Origin: a virus
Taxonomy: Duplodnaviria; Caudoviricetes
Virus record (IMG/VR): IMGVR_UViG_3300017764_000001
Length of the DNA stretch: 64,000 nucleotides
Direction: 5' to 3' (one strand)
Below are positions 31,231 through 39,252 of this stretch, one piece after another (position 1 is the stretch's first letter; each line of letters begins with the position of its first letter). Made by a program: the position numbers and the translations under genes. Below the pieces are notes generated by a model. That model was not told where the DNA came from. It saw only the letters and a list, made by a program, of their open reading frames with translations, and made no database searches.

Positions 31231-32445
31231 ATGCCACCAACACCAGCATCTCCGGATCCAATTAGTTTTCAGGACCTCATTAATGAGTTTGGTAATCCTG
31301 GAGGAGGAAATAATGATTTAGGTTCATTTAGAGTAAATCAAACCGTTCATGGAGAAACTTATCGTCTTGATAGGGATGATAATGATAATAATCCAGTTCC
31401 TGCCAGTGGTGCAATTTCATTTGCAGATCTTCAAAATAGATCATTGAATGTAGTCGTCGATATCAATCAAAATAGCAATAGAGTGTGGGGTAGAGATAGA
31501 TGGAATAGTAATAATGTAATAGTAATAGGTGGTGGTAGAAGTAAAAAACAAAACGGATCAAGAATTATTCTTCATGTAAGAGGCACTATTGGATCTGAAA
31601 GAGGAACTCATGAAAGAGGAGATGGTGGAAATGGTAATCGATGGTCTTGTGCATTTAGAACAGGAGATTGGGGTGGAGCAAGAACTTTAGATGTCATAGT
31701 TGGTCCTGGTGGTAACTCCGGACATATTAGAGGTGGAGGTGGTGATGGTGGTAATGGTGGAAGTTCAAGTGGAAATGGTGGAGAAGATTCTGATGCTAGT
31801 GGAGAAAATGGGAGAGATGGAACAAGTGGATTGGGATTAAATCATAATGTAAGATATCTTAAAGTTAGATCTAATGCCTCAATTTACGCCGGTGGTGGCG
31901 GTGGAGGAGGCGGTGGTGGTGCCGGTGGTGAATTAAAAAACTCCGTCGAAAGATCCAGTGGTGGTGGAGGTGGAGGTGGCATGGGTATACCAGGAGGAAA
32001 TGGTGGAAATGGTGGAGGACAAGGATCCACAAGTGAATCTGAAGATAGATATGCAACTAATGGAGGAGAAGGAAGTTCTAGTGAAGGTGCCAATGGTGGT
32101 CGGGGTGCAGTAAATTCAGAAGGTAGTGGTAGAGATTCCTCTTCTGGTGGAGGTGGAGGAGGGGGCGGTGGAGTAAACCCCGGTGAAGGTGGTGATGGTA
32201 GTGAAGGTGCAGTTGATGGCTCCGAAGGAAAAGATATGGACAATAATAATCCTGGTAACTTTAATGAAAGAGGTGCCGGTGGTGATGGTGGTAAAGGTGA
32301 TGCAGAAGGCACAGGACAACAAGAGGGTCCTGGTGGATCTGCTGGACACCATGGAGCAGCTATTGCCAAAGGTTTTTTTGATATAGAAAATATTGTAGGA
32401 ACAGGAAGAATCTATGGTGTTCATAATAATGTCACTCCAACATAA
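31231..32445 (+). CDS. Glycine-rich tail tip / adhesin-like protein (paralogue)
   Basis: MPPTPASPDPISFQDLINEFG; IYAGGGGGGGGGGAGG; same architecture as the upstream gene. Confidence 0.55.
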   Translation: MPPTPASPDPISFQDLINEFGNPGGGNNDLGSFRVNQTVHGETYRLDRDDNDNNPVPASGAISFADLQNRSLNVVVDINQNSNRVWGRDRWNSNNVIVIGGGRSKKQNGSRIILHVRGTIGSERGTHERGDGGNGNRWSCAFRTGDWGGARTLDVIVGPGGNSGHIRGGGGDGGNGGSSSGNGGEDSDASGENGRDGTSGLGLNHNVRYLKVRSNASIYAGGGGGGGGGGAGGELKNSVERSSGGGGGGGMGIPGGNGGNGGGQGSTSESEDRYATNGGEGSSSEGANGGRGAVNSEGSGRDSSSGGGGGGGGGVNPGEGGDGSEGAVDGSEGKDMDNNNPGNFNERGAGGDGGKGDAEGTGQQEGPGGSAGHHGAAIAKGFFDIENIVGTGRIYGVHNNVTPT

Positions 32446-32469
32446 ATAAAAAGAAATGAGTTTTTTATT

Positions 32470-33126
32470 ATGAATGATGAAATATTACAAGTCACTCAAT
32501 TTGAAAATCCCTTTCCTCATTTGATTGTAGATAATTTTTATAATGAGAAAGAATTAGAACTTATATGGGAAGAACTTAAATTTTATACAAAACCAGGTAA
32601 ATTGCTTGATGTAAAAGATTATGGTGGTGTAGATGGATATACCAGTGCGAAAGCAATTATGTTGGACTCACTTTACAGGGATAATACTAAAAATAATGGT
32701 GTTAACTGGAGAAGTTTATCTAATATTTTGACAGTCAATCGAAAATTATTTACGAGTGGTGTTTTAGATGTATTTGCCGATACACATGATTGTTGCTGTC
32801 TGGCAAATAAATCAAATAGTGATACCACAAAAGTCAGATATTATCATAATGGTGATAAGTATGATCCACATACTGATAAAGGATTTCAGTTTTTAGGATT
32901 TTCATATTTTTATAAAGAACCTAAAAAATTTGAAGGTGGACAGTTATATTTTCCAAAATATGATTATGAAGTTCCTTGTGATAACAATTCAATGATTATC
33001 TTCCCTGGATGGGTAGAACACGGAGTAAGAGAAATAAGTATTAAAGATTCTGATTACTTTGATGGTTGGGGGAGATATGCCATAACTTCATTCTTTACTT
33101 TTAAGGCAAATGAAATACATAATTGA
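32470..33126 (+). CDS. 2OG-Fe(II) oxygenase (prolyl-4-hydroxylase-like)
   Basis: YHNGDKYDPHTD (HxD), FEGGQLYF, IIFPGWVEHGV (distal His), RYAIT. Confidence 0.85.
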   Translation: MNDEILQVTQFENPFPHLIVDNFYNEKELELIWEELKFYTKPGKLLDVKDYGGVDGYTSAKAIMLDSLYRDNTKNNGVNWRSLSNILTVNRKLFTSGVLDVFADTHDCCCLANKSNSDTTKVRYYHNGDKYDPHTDKGFQFLGFSYFYKEPKKFEGGQLYFPKYDYEVPCDNNSMIIFPGWVEHGVREISIKDSDYFDGWGRYAITSFFTFKANEIHN

Positions 33127-33151
33127 CAAAGTATCAAAATATAAGTAGAAT
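33123..33151 (+). promoter_or_regulatory. sigma70-type promoter
   Basis: TTGACA-17 nt-TAGAAT. Confidence 0.7.
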
Positions 33152-33170
33152 ACCTTTGTTGGGGTTGATG

Positions 33171-33251
33171 AGACAGTTTAAGAACTGTCTACTAGATTTA
33201 AATACTGGTGCTTCATGCCCTATAATATGGAGGTAAACAAGGGACAATCCC
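33171..33251 (+). promoter_or_regulatory. Early promoter cassette 1
   Basis: AGACAGTT-N4-AACTGTCTAC, 28 nt, TATAAT (33221), N11, CAAGGG, ATG at 33252. Confidence 0.8.
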
Positions 33252-33392
33252 ATGCTCTGTGAAGTCAAACTTTATGTTGCGGGTCGTACTTTCTATGAGA
33301 CTGTTCGTGCCGCAAACTATGATGAAGCCCGTGAAGTGGCACTGGCAAGAAATCCTAATGCAACTGTCGTGAGTGTAAATGCAAAGTTCTGA
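33252..33392 (+). CDS. Small hypothetical protein (46 aa)
   Basis: Manual: MLCEVKLYVAGRTFYETVRAANYDEAREVALARNPNATVVSVNAKF; directly after cassette 1. Confidence 0.7.
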   Translation: MLCEVKLYVAGRTFYETVRAANYDEAREVALARNPNATVVSVNAKF

Positions 33393-33544
33393 TGTCTAAG
33401 TTTTTTGATGAAAAAATGCAAGTCTGCATTGAACTTGATGGGGAAACTTATTGGAATCTTGTAAAGATGGGTGCAGAAATTAGAACACCCATCAACCAAT
33501 ACATTGAAAATTTATTGCAAAGTCATGTAATGGATTATGAATAA
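33392..33544 (+). CDS. Small protein, possible ribbon-helix-helix fold (50 aa)
   Basis: Manual: MSKFFDEKMQVCIELDGETYWNLVKMGAEIRTPINQYIENLLQSHVMDYE; TGATG coupling. Confidence 0.55.
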   Translation: MSKFFDEKMQVCIELDGETYWNLVKMGAEIRTPINQYIENLLQSHVMDYE

Positions 33545-33782
33545 GTTTCTAAAACCACATATTCCACAGCCAGGATTACTTGAACCAAACCCAGGTAATC
33601 CTTTAGGTTATGTAACAAATGATGGAATGTGGGCAGCAGTTCCATGTGGCAAAAAGTTTAGCATTATACATAATGGAAGTGTGATTCATCAATCACGCAC
33701 TTACGATTCGGCACTGAACTTTATTAAAAAGGGGGTTAAAAATGAGGGATCAAAACGGAATCGAAGACAACGAACCGGGTGA
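33537..33782 (+). CDS. Hypothetical protein
   Basis: ORF track; coupled overlaps with both neighbours. Confidence 0.65.
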   Translation: MNKFLKPHIPQPGLLEPNPGNPLGYVTNDGMWAAVPCGKKFSIIHNGSVIHQSRTYDSALNFIKKGVKNEGSKRNRRQRTG

Positions 33783-33960
33783 TGTTAAATGGAATCGAGG
33801 ACTAGACATCTTCATTGAATCTGTTCACAAACCTGATCCCGCATTACGTCAGTGCGCTCATAATCAAAGATGTTATCATGAACTCATGTGGGTTCGTGAG
33901 AACGTGTTAAACTATCTCAAAACACTTAGAAAGCACGATGAATATTCCACGTATCCATGA
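33742..33960 (+). CDS. Hypothetical protein
   Basis: ORF track; KWNRGLDIFIESV..LRQCAHNQRCYHEL. Confidence 0.65.
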   Translation: MRDQNGIEDNEPGDVKWNRGLDIFIESVHKPDPALRQCAHNQRCYHELMWVRENVLNYLKTLRKHDEYSTYP

Positions 33961-34162
33961 CGGAGATAAAGTAACCTATATTGGTTGCTGTAGGGAGCAA
34001 ATTAACTGGGGAAATAGTGATAATCCCGACAATGTATTAGAGAGAGGAAAAGAATACACAGTAGAGAAAACTGAGGTTCATACTGCACATACAAAATTAA
34101 TGATCAAAGGTTATAATGGCAAATTCAATTCTATTTGTTTTTTAAAAGGAGAGGAACAATGA
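33938..34162 (+). CDS. Hypothetical protein
   Basis: ORF track. Confidence 0.6.
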   Translation: MNIPRIHDGDKVTYIGCCREQINWGNSDNPDNVLERGKEYTVEKTEVHTAHTKLMIKGYNGKFNSICFLKGEEQ

Positions 34163-34377
34163 GTCAATTTGATCCAGCAGAAATAGTATTACAGAGCACT
34201 GCCAAGTTATTTGAATACGAAAAACTATCACGGCAGATTGAAGAATGTAATGATATGGAAATGTTGAGAGACATGGCACGTTGTTGGATCAAATTGTACA
34301 TGAAACAACAAGAAACCATGAGAACCATTGGACTTGATCAACAACCACTTCCCAAAAGAAAGGATGACGAGGGTTAA
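34159..34377 (+). CDS. Hypothetical protein
   Basis: Start moved to the ATG after the GAGGA RBS. Confidence 0.6.
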   Translation: MSQFDPAEIVLQSTAKLFEYEKLSRQIEECNDMEMLRDMARCWIKLYMKQQETMRTIGLDQQPLPKRKDDEG

Positions 34378-34379
34378 TT

Positions 34380-34556
34380 ATGTACGAAGAATTAGACTGC
34401 TTTGAAAGAGCACTACAACATTTTGGTACGAGAGTAGAGATTGTCACCGCCATGGAAATGGCAAATAAAATTGCTACTGAAGATGCCTACCAAATGATTA
34501 AGGATGAACTTAAAGAATTGAAAAAATGCCGTAAAGAATTTAAGAAAGATGCCTGA
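34380..34556 (+). CDS. Small hypothetical protein (58 aa)
   Basis: Manual: MYEELDCFERALQHFGTRVEIVTAMEMANKIATEDAYQMIKDELKELKKCRKEFKKDA. Confidence 0.65.
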   Translation: MYEELDCFERALQHFGTRVEIVTAMEMANKIATEDAYQMIKDELKELKKCRKEFKKDA

Positions 34557-34710
34557 TGATTCTCTTAAAATTCATGAAAATGATGACGGTTCATTTAGTA
34601 TGGAATGGGATCGAGAGGACCAGAAATGGAACTGGTTAAATGACTTGACAAGTGCCGAGATTGAGACTATGCTACAGGAAGCAATCAGAAACTATGGAGG
34701 AACTCAATGA
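34549..34710 (+). CDS. Small hypothetical protein (53 aa)
   Basis: Manual: MPDDSLKIHENDDGSFSMEWDREDQKWNWLNDLTSAEIETMLQEAIRNYGGTQ; ATGA overlap downstream. Confidence 0.65.
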   Translation: MPDDSLKIHENDDGSFSMEWDREDQKWNWLNDLTSAEIETMLQEAIRNYGGTQ

Positions 34711-35042
34711 CAAAACCAGATCTTGAATATAAAAACTATTCACTTGAAAAATTGAGTGAATGGATTAGAGATTCTCTTCATTCTGAAGCGACTCCATTGG
34801 AAATCTATGAGGCAATCATCACAACTCTCAAACAGGAAGTTAGTTATCATGATGTCTGTAAAAGACAGGCAAAAGATATCATAAATTTGATGCAAGGATA
34901 TCAAAAAAATGATTCAATCGATTTAGGACTTGATGAATATCCATATGGAGAAAGTTTCATATCTGCATTAGATGATACCATTTCACCTAAATCACTAGAT
35001 AATAATGATGGTGATGTGATCAATTTTCCAATGCGATACTAA
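34707..35042 (+). CDS. Hypothetical protein
   Basis: ORF track. Confidence 0.6.
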   Translation: MTKPDLEYKNYSLEKLSEWIRDSLHSEATPLEIYEAIITTLKQEVSYHDVCKRQAKDIINLMQGYQKNDSIDLGLDEYPYGESFISALDDTISPKSLDNNDGDVINFPMRY

Positions 35043-35071
35043 TAAATACAATCACAAAAGGACAAACTATA

Positions 35072-35299
35072 ATGGAAAGCGTCGAAAAGCACATTGAAGT
35101 TGATAAAAAGATCCTTGAAGATCCAACAACTTCACCACAACAACGTCGTCACATCGAAGAAGAACTTCATGAACTTGAGGTCTATGTAGAGAATCACAAG
35201 AAAGAAATTGCAGATGGTGATCATCATGATCCTACCGCACTTGAACTATTTTGTGAGGTTGAACCAGATGCAGATGAGTGCCGTATCTATGACGATTGA
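35072..35299 (+). CDS. cp12: CP12 Calvin-cycle inhibitor (auxiliary metabolic gene)
   Basis: C-terminal PTALELFCEVEPDADECRIYDD signature; TAATAAATA late-like box at 35040. Confidence 0.9.
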   Translation: MESVEKHIEVDKKILEDPTTSPQQRRHIEEELHELEVYVENHKKEIADGDHHDPTALELFCEVEPDADECRIYDD

Positions 35300-35584
35300 A
35301 TGAAACTTCCTTCATCATTCCCTCATGAACCTCCTGAAGGTTATCATTACGAGGTTGAACAATTCAGACGTAATGTGGTTTCTATCTGGTTACGTCACCC
35401 CGATCATTTCAATTATACTGATGAGCCTGTACGCACTATATGGGGTTTCTTTAATACAAAGAAAGGACTTTACTATTCCCCCGTCAATCATAAGAAAGTT
35501 GGAAAAGAAGTTGATATCACTGACACCAGAAATTACACCTCAATGCAAATACAATACAAGGGACTGGAAAGTTTCTTTGTGTGA
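35300..35584 (+). CDS. Conserved cyanophage-type hypothetical protein
   Basis: FPHEPPEGYHYEV..VRTIWGFFNTKK. Confidence 0.65.
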   Translation: MKLPSSFPHEPPEGYHYEVEQFRRNVVSIWLRHPDHFNYTDEPVRTIWGFFNTKKGLYYSPVNHKKVGKEVDITDTRNYTSMQIQYKGLESFFV

Positions 35585-35638
35585 CAGTTATTGAACTGTC
35601 TACCACCTCTTGACGAGGTGGTTTTTTCATGGCATAAT
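35581..35638 (+). promoter_or_regulatory. Early promoter cassette 2
   Basis: GTGACAGTT-N4-AACTGTCTAC; TTGACG-17-CATAAT. Confidence 0.75.
35602..35627 (+). terminator. Intrinsic terminator overlapping the -35 of cassette 2
   Basis: ACCACCTC-TTGAC-GAGGTGGT followed by a T run. Confidence 0.7.
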
Positions 35639-35661
35639 ATATTCATATTCATCAGACATCT

Positions 35662-36852
35662 GTGACCGTCACTCTTCGTCCGCATCAACAACGTGGCATC
35701 AATCGTATGGAAGAGTATGCCAAAGGTCAACTGATTTTCCCCACCGGAGCAGGCAAAACTCTCACGGCAATCATGGATGCCAAGAGAGTATTTGAGACTG
35801 CAACATCACACAAAACCATTGTGATTGTTGCTCCTCGTATTCTCCTTGCTGAGCAACTTTGTAGTGAGTTTCTGGAAGTTATTCAACGCAATGATGTGCA
35901 TGTGATGCACGTTCACAGTGGTGAGACTTCTTTCTTCGGCACCACTAAAGTCAAGCAGATTCAGATGCACGACTCCATCTGCAAAACTGCCGGTGAGCAT
36001 CAACTTATCTTCACCACTTACAACTCTCTGGGTCGTATTGTGGATGCAGAAGTTGAGGTAGATACTATCTACTTTGATGAGGCACATAACAGTGTCAAAC
36101 GTAACTTTTTCCCTGCCACCGAGCACTACAGTCAAGAGGCAAATCGTTGCTATTTCTTCACTGCCACTCGTAAGACTTCGGTCACTATTGCCAAACCAGG
36201 CATGAATGATCGTGCCGTCTATGGTGATGTAATCTGCCGAGTTTCTGCACCTGAACTTGTGGAGGGTGGTTATATTCTTCCTCCCAAGGTTAAGGTGATT
36301 GAAATGGATAAGGTTGATCGTAAATCTATCACCCCTCACCTTGAGAGCAACAACATTCTCACCACGATTGATGAGATCAGCATCAAGAAAGTTCTGGTCT
36401 GTTCTAACACTACCAAACAACTGACCACTATCTTCCAGACTGATTTTGCCTATCAGTTGCAGAAACGTGGTTATTCTTATTTGTATATCACTGCCAAGAC
36501 TGGTGCTGTTATTGATGGTAAGAAAGTATCCCGTGAGAAGTTCTTTGAAACTTTGAACACCTGGGGTAAAGATTCCAACAAAAAGTTTGTTGTTCTTCAC
36601 CGTTCGATTCTGTCTGAAGGTATCAATGTCAGTCAACTGGAAGCAGTCATCTTCATGCGTAACATGGATGTGATTGAAATGACTCAAACTGTGGGTCGTG
36701 TGCTTCGTAAAGGTGGCAATGATAAGACCTACGGATTCTGTGTCGTCCCTGTTTATTCTAAGGTTGGTATCTCTACTCAACGTGGATTGCAGACGGTGAT
36801 TGATACCGTCTTTGAGAAGGGTGAGATGCTTGATAGTGTGGTGCGTCGTTGA
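35662..36852 (+). CDS. Superfamily 2 (DEAH) helicase / ResIII-like
   Basis: LRPHQ Q-motif, PTGAGKT, YFDEAH, FTAT, LSEGINV, QTVGRVLR. Confidence 0.9.
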   Translation: MTVTLRPHQQRGINRMEEYAKGQLIFPTGAGKTLTAIMDAKRVFETATSHKTIVIVAPRILLAEQLCSEFLEVIQRNDVHVMHVHSGETSFFGTTKVKQIQMHDSICKTAGEHQLIFTTYNSLGRIVDAEVEVDTIYFDEAHNSVKRNFFPATEHYSQEANRCYFFTATRKTSVTIAKPGMNDRAVYGDVICRVSAPELVEGGYILPPKVKVIEMDKVDRKSITPHLESNNILTTIDEISIKKVLVCSNTTKQLTTIFQTDFAYQLQKRGYSYLYITAKTGAVIDGKKVSREKFFETLNTWGKDSNKKFVVLHRSILSEGINVSQLEAVIFMRNMDVIEMTQTVGRVLRKGGNDKTYGFCVVPVYSKVGISTQRGLQTVIDTVFEKGEMLDSVVRR

Positions 36853-36856
36853 TGCA

Positions 36857-36933
36857 CCAGTCTATGAACTGTCCACCAGTCGTTGCCAGGGCACCAGGAT
36901 GCCCTATAATACAAAGGTAGTCAAGGGAGAGCA
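36857..36933 (+). promoter_or_regulatory. Early promoter cassette 3
   Basis: CCAGT..AACTGTCCAC; TTGCCA-16-TATAAT; N11-CAAGGG. Confidence 0.8.
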
Positions 36934-37101
36934 ATGATCACCAACAAACGGCAAATGCTCAAAGTGATGTCACGATGCACCGATGCAGACACACTCACCC
37001 GTGAACAAAAATTTGAGGTCTTCTGTAGAGTTTGTGACAACATGCTCAAGGAAGGTAGAATCACTAGAGTAAATCACAGACGCTGGACTGAAATCTGGTA
37101 A
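36934..37101 (+). CDS. Small hypothetical protein (55 aa)
   Basis: Manual: MITNKRQMLKVMSRCTDADTLTREQKFEVFCRVCDNMLKEGRITRVNHRRWTEIW. Confidence 0.7.
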   Translation: MITNKRQMLKVMSRCTDADTLTREQKFEVFCRVCDNMLKEGRITRVNHRRWTEIW

Positions 37102-37142
37102 ATCACTAAAGTTCATTCTTCAACCTTTTTTTCTTCATCATC

Positions 37143-37544
37143 ATGGCAACCCGAGCACGAATTGGTCTTCAAGTTGGAAATGCAATCATTTCTGTTTATC
37201 ATCACTGGGATGGTTATCCTCAGTGGTTGGGTCGCATCCTGAGCACACATTACATCACAAAGAGTCAAGTTATTGACCTGATTGACGGTGGTGATATGTC
37301 TTCCTGCTGGACTAATTGTGGTTGGCAGAATGAAACCCGTCCCGAAACTGGTCCAATGTATTATTCTGAGCGTGGAGAAGATTGTCCTCCTCGTTTGGAT
37401 GAATCTATCACTGAGTTTATTAACAACGGTGAAGAGTTTGGTTATATCTTCAAGGATGGTGAATGGTTCTGTTATGATACTAAGACCTGGAGTGATACTT
37501 TCGCACAGGTTATAGATATTCCAGAGGGAGCCCTGGTAGCATGA
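37143..37544 (+). CDS. Conserved phage hypothetical protein
   Basis: MATRARIG..SVYHHWDGYPQWLG..L..HY. Confidence 0.7.
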   Translation: MATRARIGLQVGNAIISVYHHWDGYPQWLGRILSTHYITKSQVIDLIDGGDMSSCWTNCGWQNETRPETGPMYYSERGEDCPPRLDESITEFINNGEEFGYIFKDGEWFCYDTKTWSDTFAQVIDIPEGALVA

Positions 37545-37723
37545 TCGATTTAGAAAAACTTTCTCATGAAGAGAAAGAAGCACTGGCAGAAGATTGTGAA
37601 GACTTTCTTCTGCACAGAAACATACCATTAAGGTCACATTCATACGATAACATCATTCTTCATGCAATGAGAGAAGGTTATCGCATCGAAGGATTCGACC
37701 GACCCATCCGTAGGACAGCATAA
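37541..37723 (+). CDS. Hypothetical protein
   Basis: ORF track; GGAG RBS. Confidence 0.6.
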   Translation: MIDLEKLSHEEKEALAEDCEDFLLHRNIPLRSHSYDNIILHAMREGYRIEGFDRPIRRTA

Positions 37724-37793
37724 CAACTGTCCACAACCTCTTCACAGGGCACCAGGATGCCCTATAATACATTTGTAATCAAGGGACGACCCC
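37713..37793 (+). promoter_or_regulatory. Early promoter cassette 4
   Basis: GGACAG..AACTGTCCAC; TTCACA-16-TATAAT; 27 nt identical to cassette 3. Confidence 0.8.
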
Positions 37794-38162
37794 ATGACAA
37801 CCTCCTTCGCAGACTACGTTGCTCAGCAGGATGCACGGAACGACATTCAGTTGAACGTTCGCAAGTGGACTTTGATGTTGTGTGATGCTCTGGTTGACAA
37901 TTTCAAGCAGTCTCACCCTAACTCTGATCCTTACACATTCTCCGTTGAGAGTGGTCGTAAGTATCACAAGATTATGATGGAGACTGAATCTCAGTCTAGG
38001 AGTGTTCATGCCTTCGTTGATAAGAAGACTGGAGAAGTTTACAAGCCTGCTTCATTCAAGGCACCCGCAAAGATTGTCCGTTTCAATCTCTGTTTGATTA
38101 AAGACCGTGAGTGGTTGCTGGAGAACTGTGACTGGGCTGGGAGCTACCTTTATGTGCGATAA
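37794..38162 (+). CDS. Conserved phage hypothetical protein
   Basis: GRKYHKI..SVHAFVDKKTGEVYKPASFKAPAK..DWAGSYLY. Confidence 0.75.
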   Translation: MTTSFADYVAQQDARNDIQLNVRKWTLMLCDALVDNFKQSHPNSDPYTFSVESGRKYHKIMMETESQSRSVHAFVDKKTGEVYKPASFKAPAKIVRFNLCLIKDREWLLENCDWAGSYLYVR

Positions 38163-38198
38163 TATGATATAATGAACACATTCAATTCGGAGGTTACA

Positions 38199-38360
38199 AT
38201 GAACGATGAACGACATTATCACACCGAAAGTGAACGTCGTCAACTTGACGGTGTTGTCACTGATTCTGATAAAAATGGATGGAACGTATCCAAACTGAAT
38301 CGAATGAAGTCCAGAGCAAACAATCTACCTGATGATTCTCTGATTATTGATGACGACTAA
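38199..38360 (+). CDS. Small hypothetical protein
   Basis: GGAGG RBS before ATG 38199; TGnTATAAT at 38165-38173. Confidence 0.55.
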   Translation: MNDERHYHTESERRQLDGVVTDSDKNGWNVSKLNRMKSRANNLPDDSLIIDDD

Positions 38361-38411
38361 AGAAAAGTTCCTGTTCACTGCATCATTCATCTGGTTTCTT
38401 CACTGGGGCAC

Positions 38412-38888
38412 ATGTCTAGCATCTACCATTCTGGATACGGTTATTCTAAGAAACTCTGTGAGGATGTTACCTCTTGGTTTCTGAACAAGTATTATCCACG
38501 TCATAAGATTGATGTGGAGATTGTTCACCGGGGATTGAAACGTGAGGGTGTCTATGGTTATTGTGACGTGATCGGTCGATCTCATCGGCCACGTCACTTC
38601 CTGATTGAACTTCAGACCGAAATGTCCAAGGAGTTGTATACAAAAATCCTTTTTCATGAATTGAAGCACCTGGCACAGTGGGTAGACGGTTCTCTGCGGT
38701 TTCGGCATGGAAAAATGTGTTATTGTCAAGAACCGGTCGAAAAATACGACTATGTGGATCAACCACATGAAATTGAAGCACGGGAGTGGGAAGAAATCCT
38801 ATATGATCTGCATCTAAATGACAAACAAGGTATGCCGGTGAAACAAGTGGCACAGCAGTCGTTCCCAAACCGTCTGATGGCTATATAA
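38412..38888 (+). CDS. Zincin-like metallopeptidase (HEXXH)
   Basis: ILFHELKHLAQW, downstream PHEIEA, G.YGYC motif. Confidence 0.7.
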   Translation: MSSIYHSGYGYSKKLCEDVTSWFLNKYYPRHKIDVEIVHRGLKREGVYGYCDVIGRSHRPRHFLIELQTEMSKELYTKILFHELKHLAQWVDGSLRFRHGKMCYCQEPVEKYDYVDQPHEIEAREWEEILYDLHLNDKQGMPVKQVAQQSFPNRLMAI

Positions 38889-38916
38889 TAACCATGTAAA
38901 CAAGGGAGGACCACTG
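38832..38916 (+). promoter_or_regulatory. Early promoter cassette 5
   Basis: ATGCCGGT..AAGTGGCACA; TTCCCA-16-TATAAT (38884); N11-CAAGGG. Confidence 0.7.
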
Positions 38917-39072
38917 ATGACCCCAGAAGTTGAGAAGCACCTGGCAGATCCTTACAATCGGATTCGTTATGCTTATGAGTTCCTGGACAGTGAGATCGGT
39001 GATTCTGCCAAGTGTATGGATCGAATCTATTATTGGTTATCTCAGGATATTGATTGTGAGGTACACTACTAA
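38917..39072 (+). CDS. Small hypothetical protein (51 aa)
   Basis: Manual: MTPEVEKHLADPYNRIRYAYEFLDSEIGDSAKCMDRIYYWLSQDIDCEVHY. Confidence 0.6.
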   Translation: MTPEVEKHLADPYNRIRYAYEFLDSEIGDSAKCMDRIYYWLSQDIDCEVHY

Positions 39073-39251
39073 TGAACAATGTAGACAGTATCAACAAACA
39101 AATTCTTGAACTGAACCATCGAAAACAAAAACTTGAGATTGAGATTGATGGTATCGAATCTGCAATCAAGTTTCTAAGACAACAGAAAGAACTGTTGGAA
39201 GGTGCAAAGGGCACCACAAAAGACTTTTACGACGATCTTCTTTCTGACTGA
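39072..39251 (+). CDS. Small coiled-coil protein (59 aa)
   Basis: Manual: MNNVDSINKQILELNHRKQKLEIEIDGIESAIKFLRQQKELLEG... Confidence 0.6.
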   Translation: MNNVDSINKQILELNHRKQKLEIEIDGIESAIKFLRQQKELLEGAKGTTKDFYDDLLSD

Positions 39252-39252
39252 C

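Noticed and set aside
13941-32445. Diversity-generating retroelement acting on tail fibres
   Set aside because: No reverse transcriptase in the window; repeats are in-frame and mismatches are not adenine-specific.
33171-33192. Early dyad as an NtcA (GTA-N8-TAC) or CRP (TGTGA-N6-TCACA) site
   Set aside because: Half-site sequence and spacing do not match either consensus across the copies.
35806-36780. 324-aa antisense ORF (and similar ones at 37113, 38400, 39166, 40861, 44987)
   Set aside because: They are in exact codon register with sense genes and arise from TTA/CTA/TCA avoidance; no RBS or recognisable motifs.
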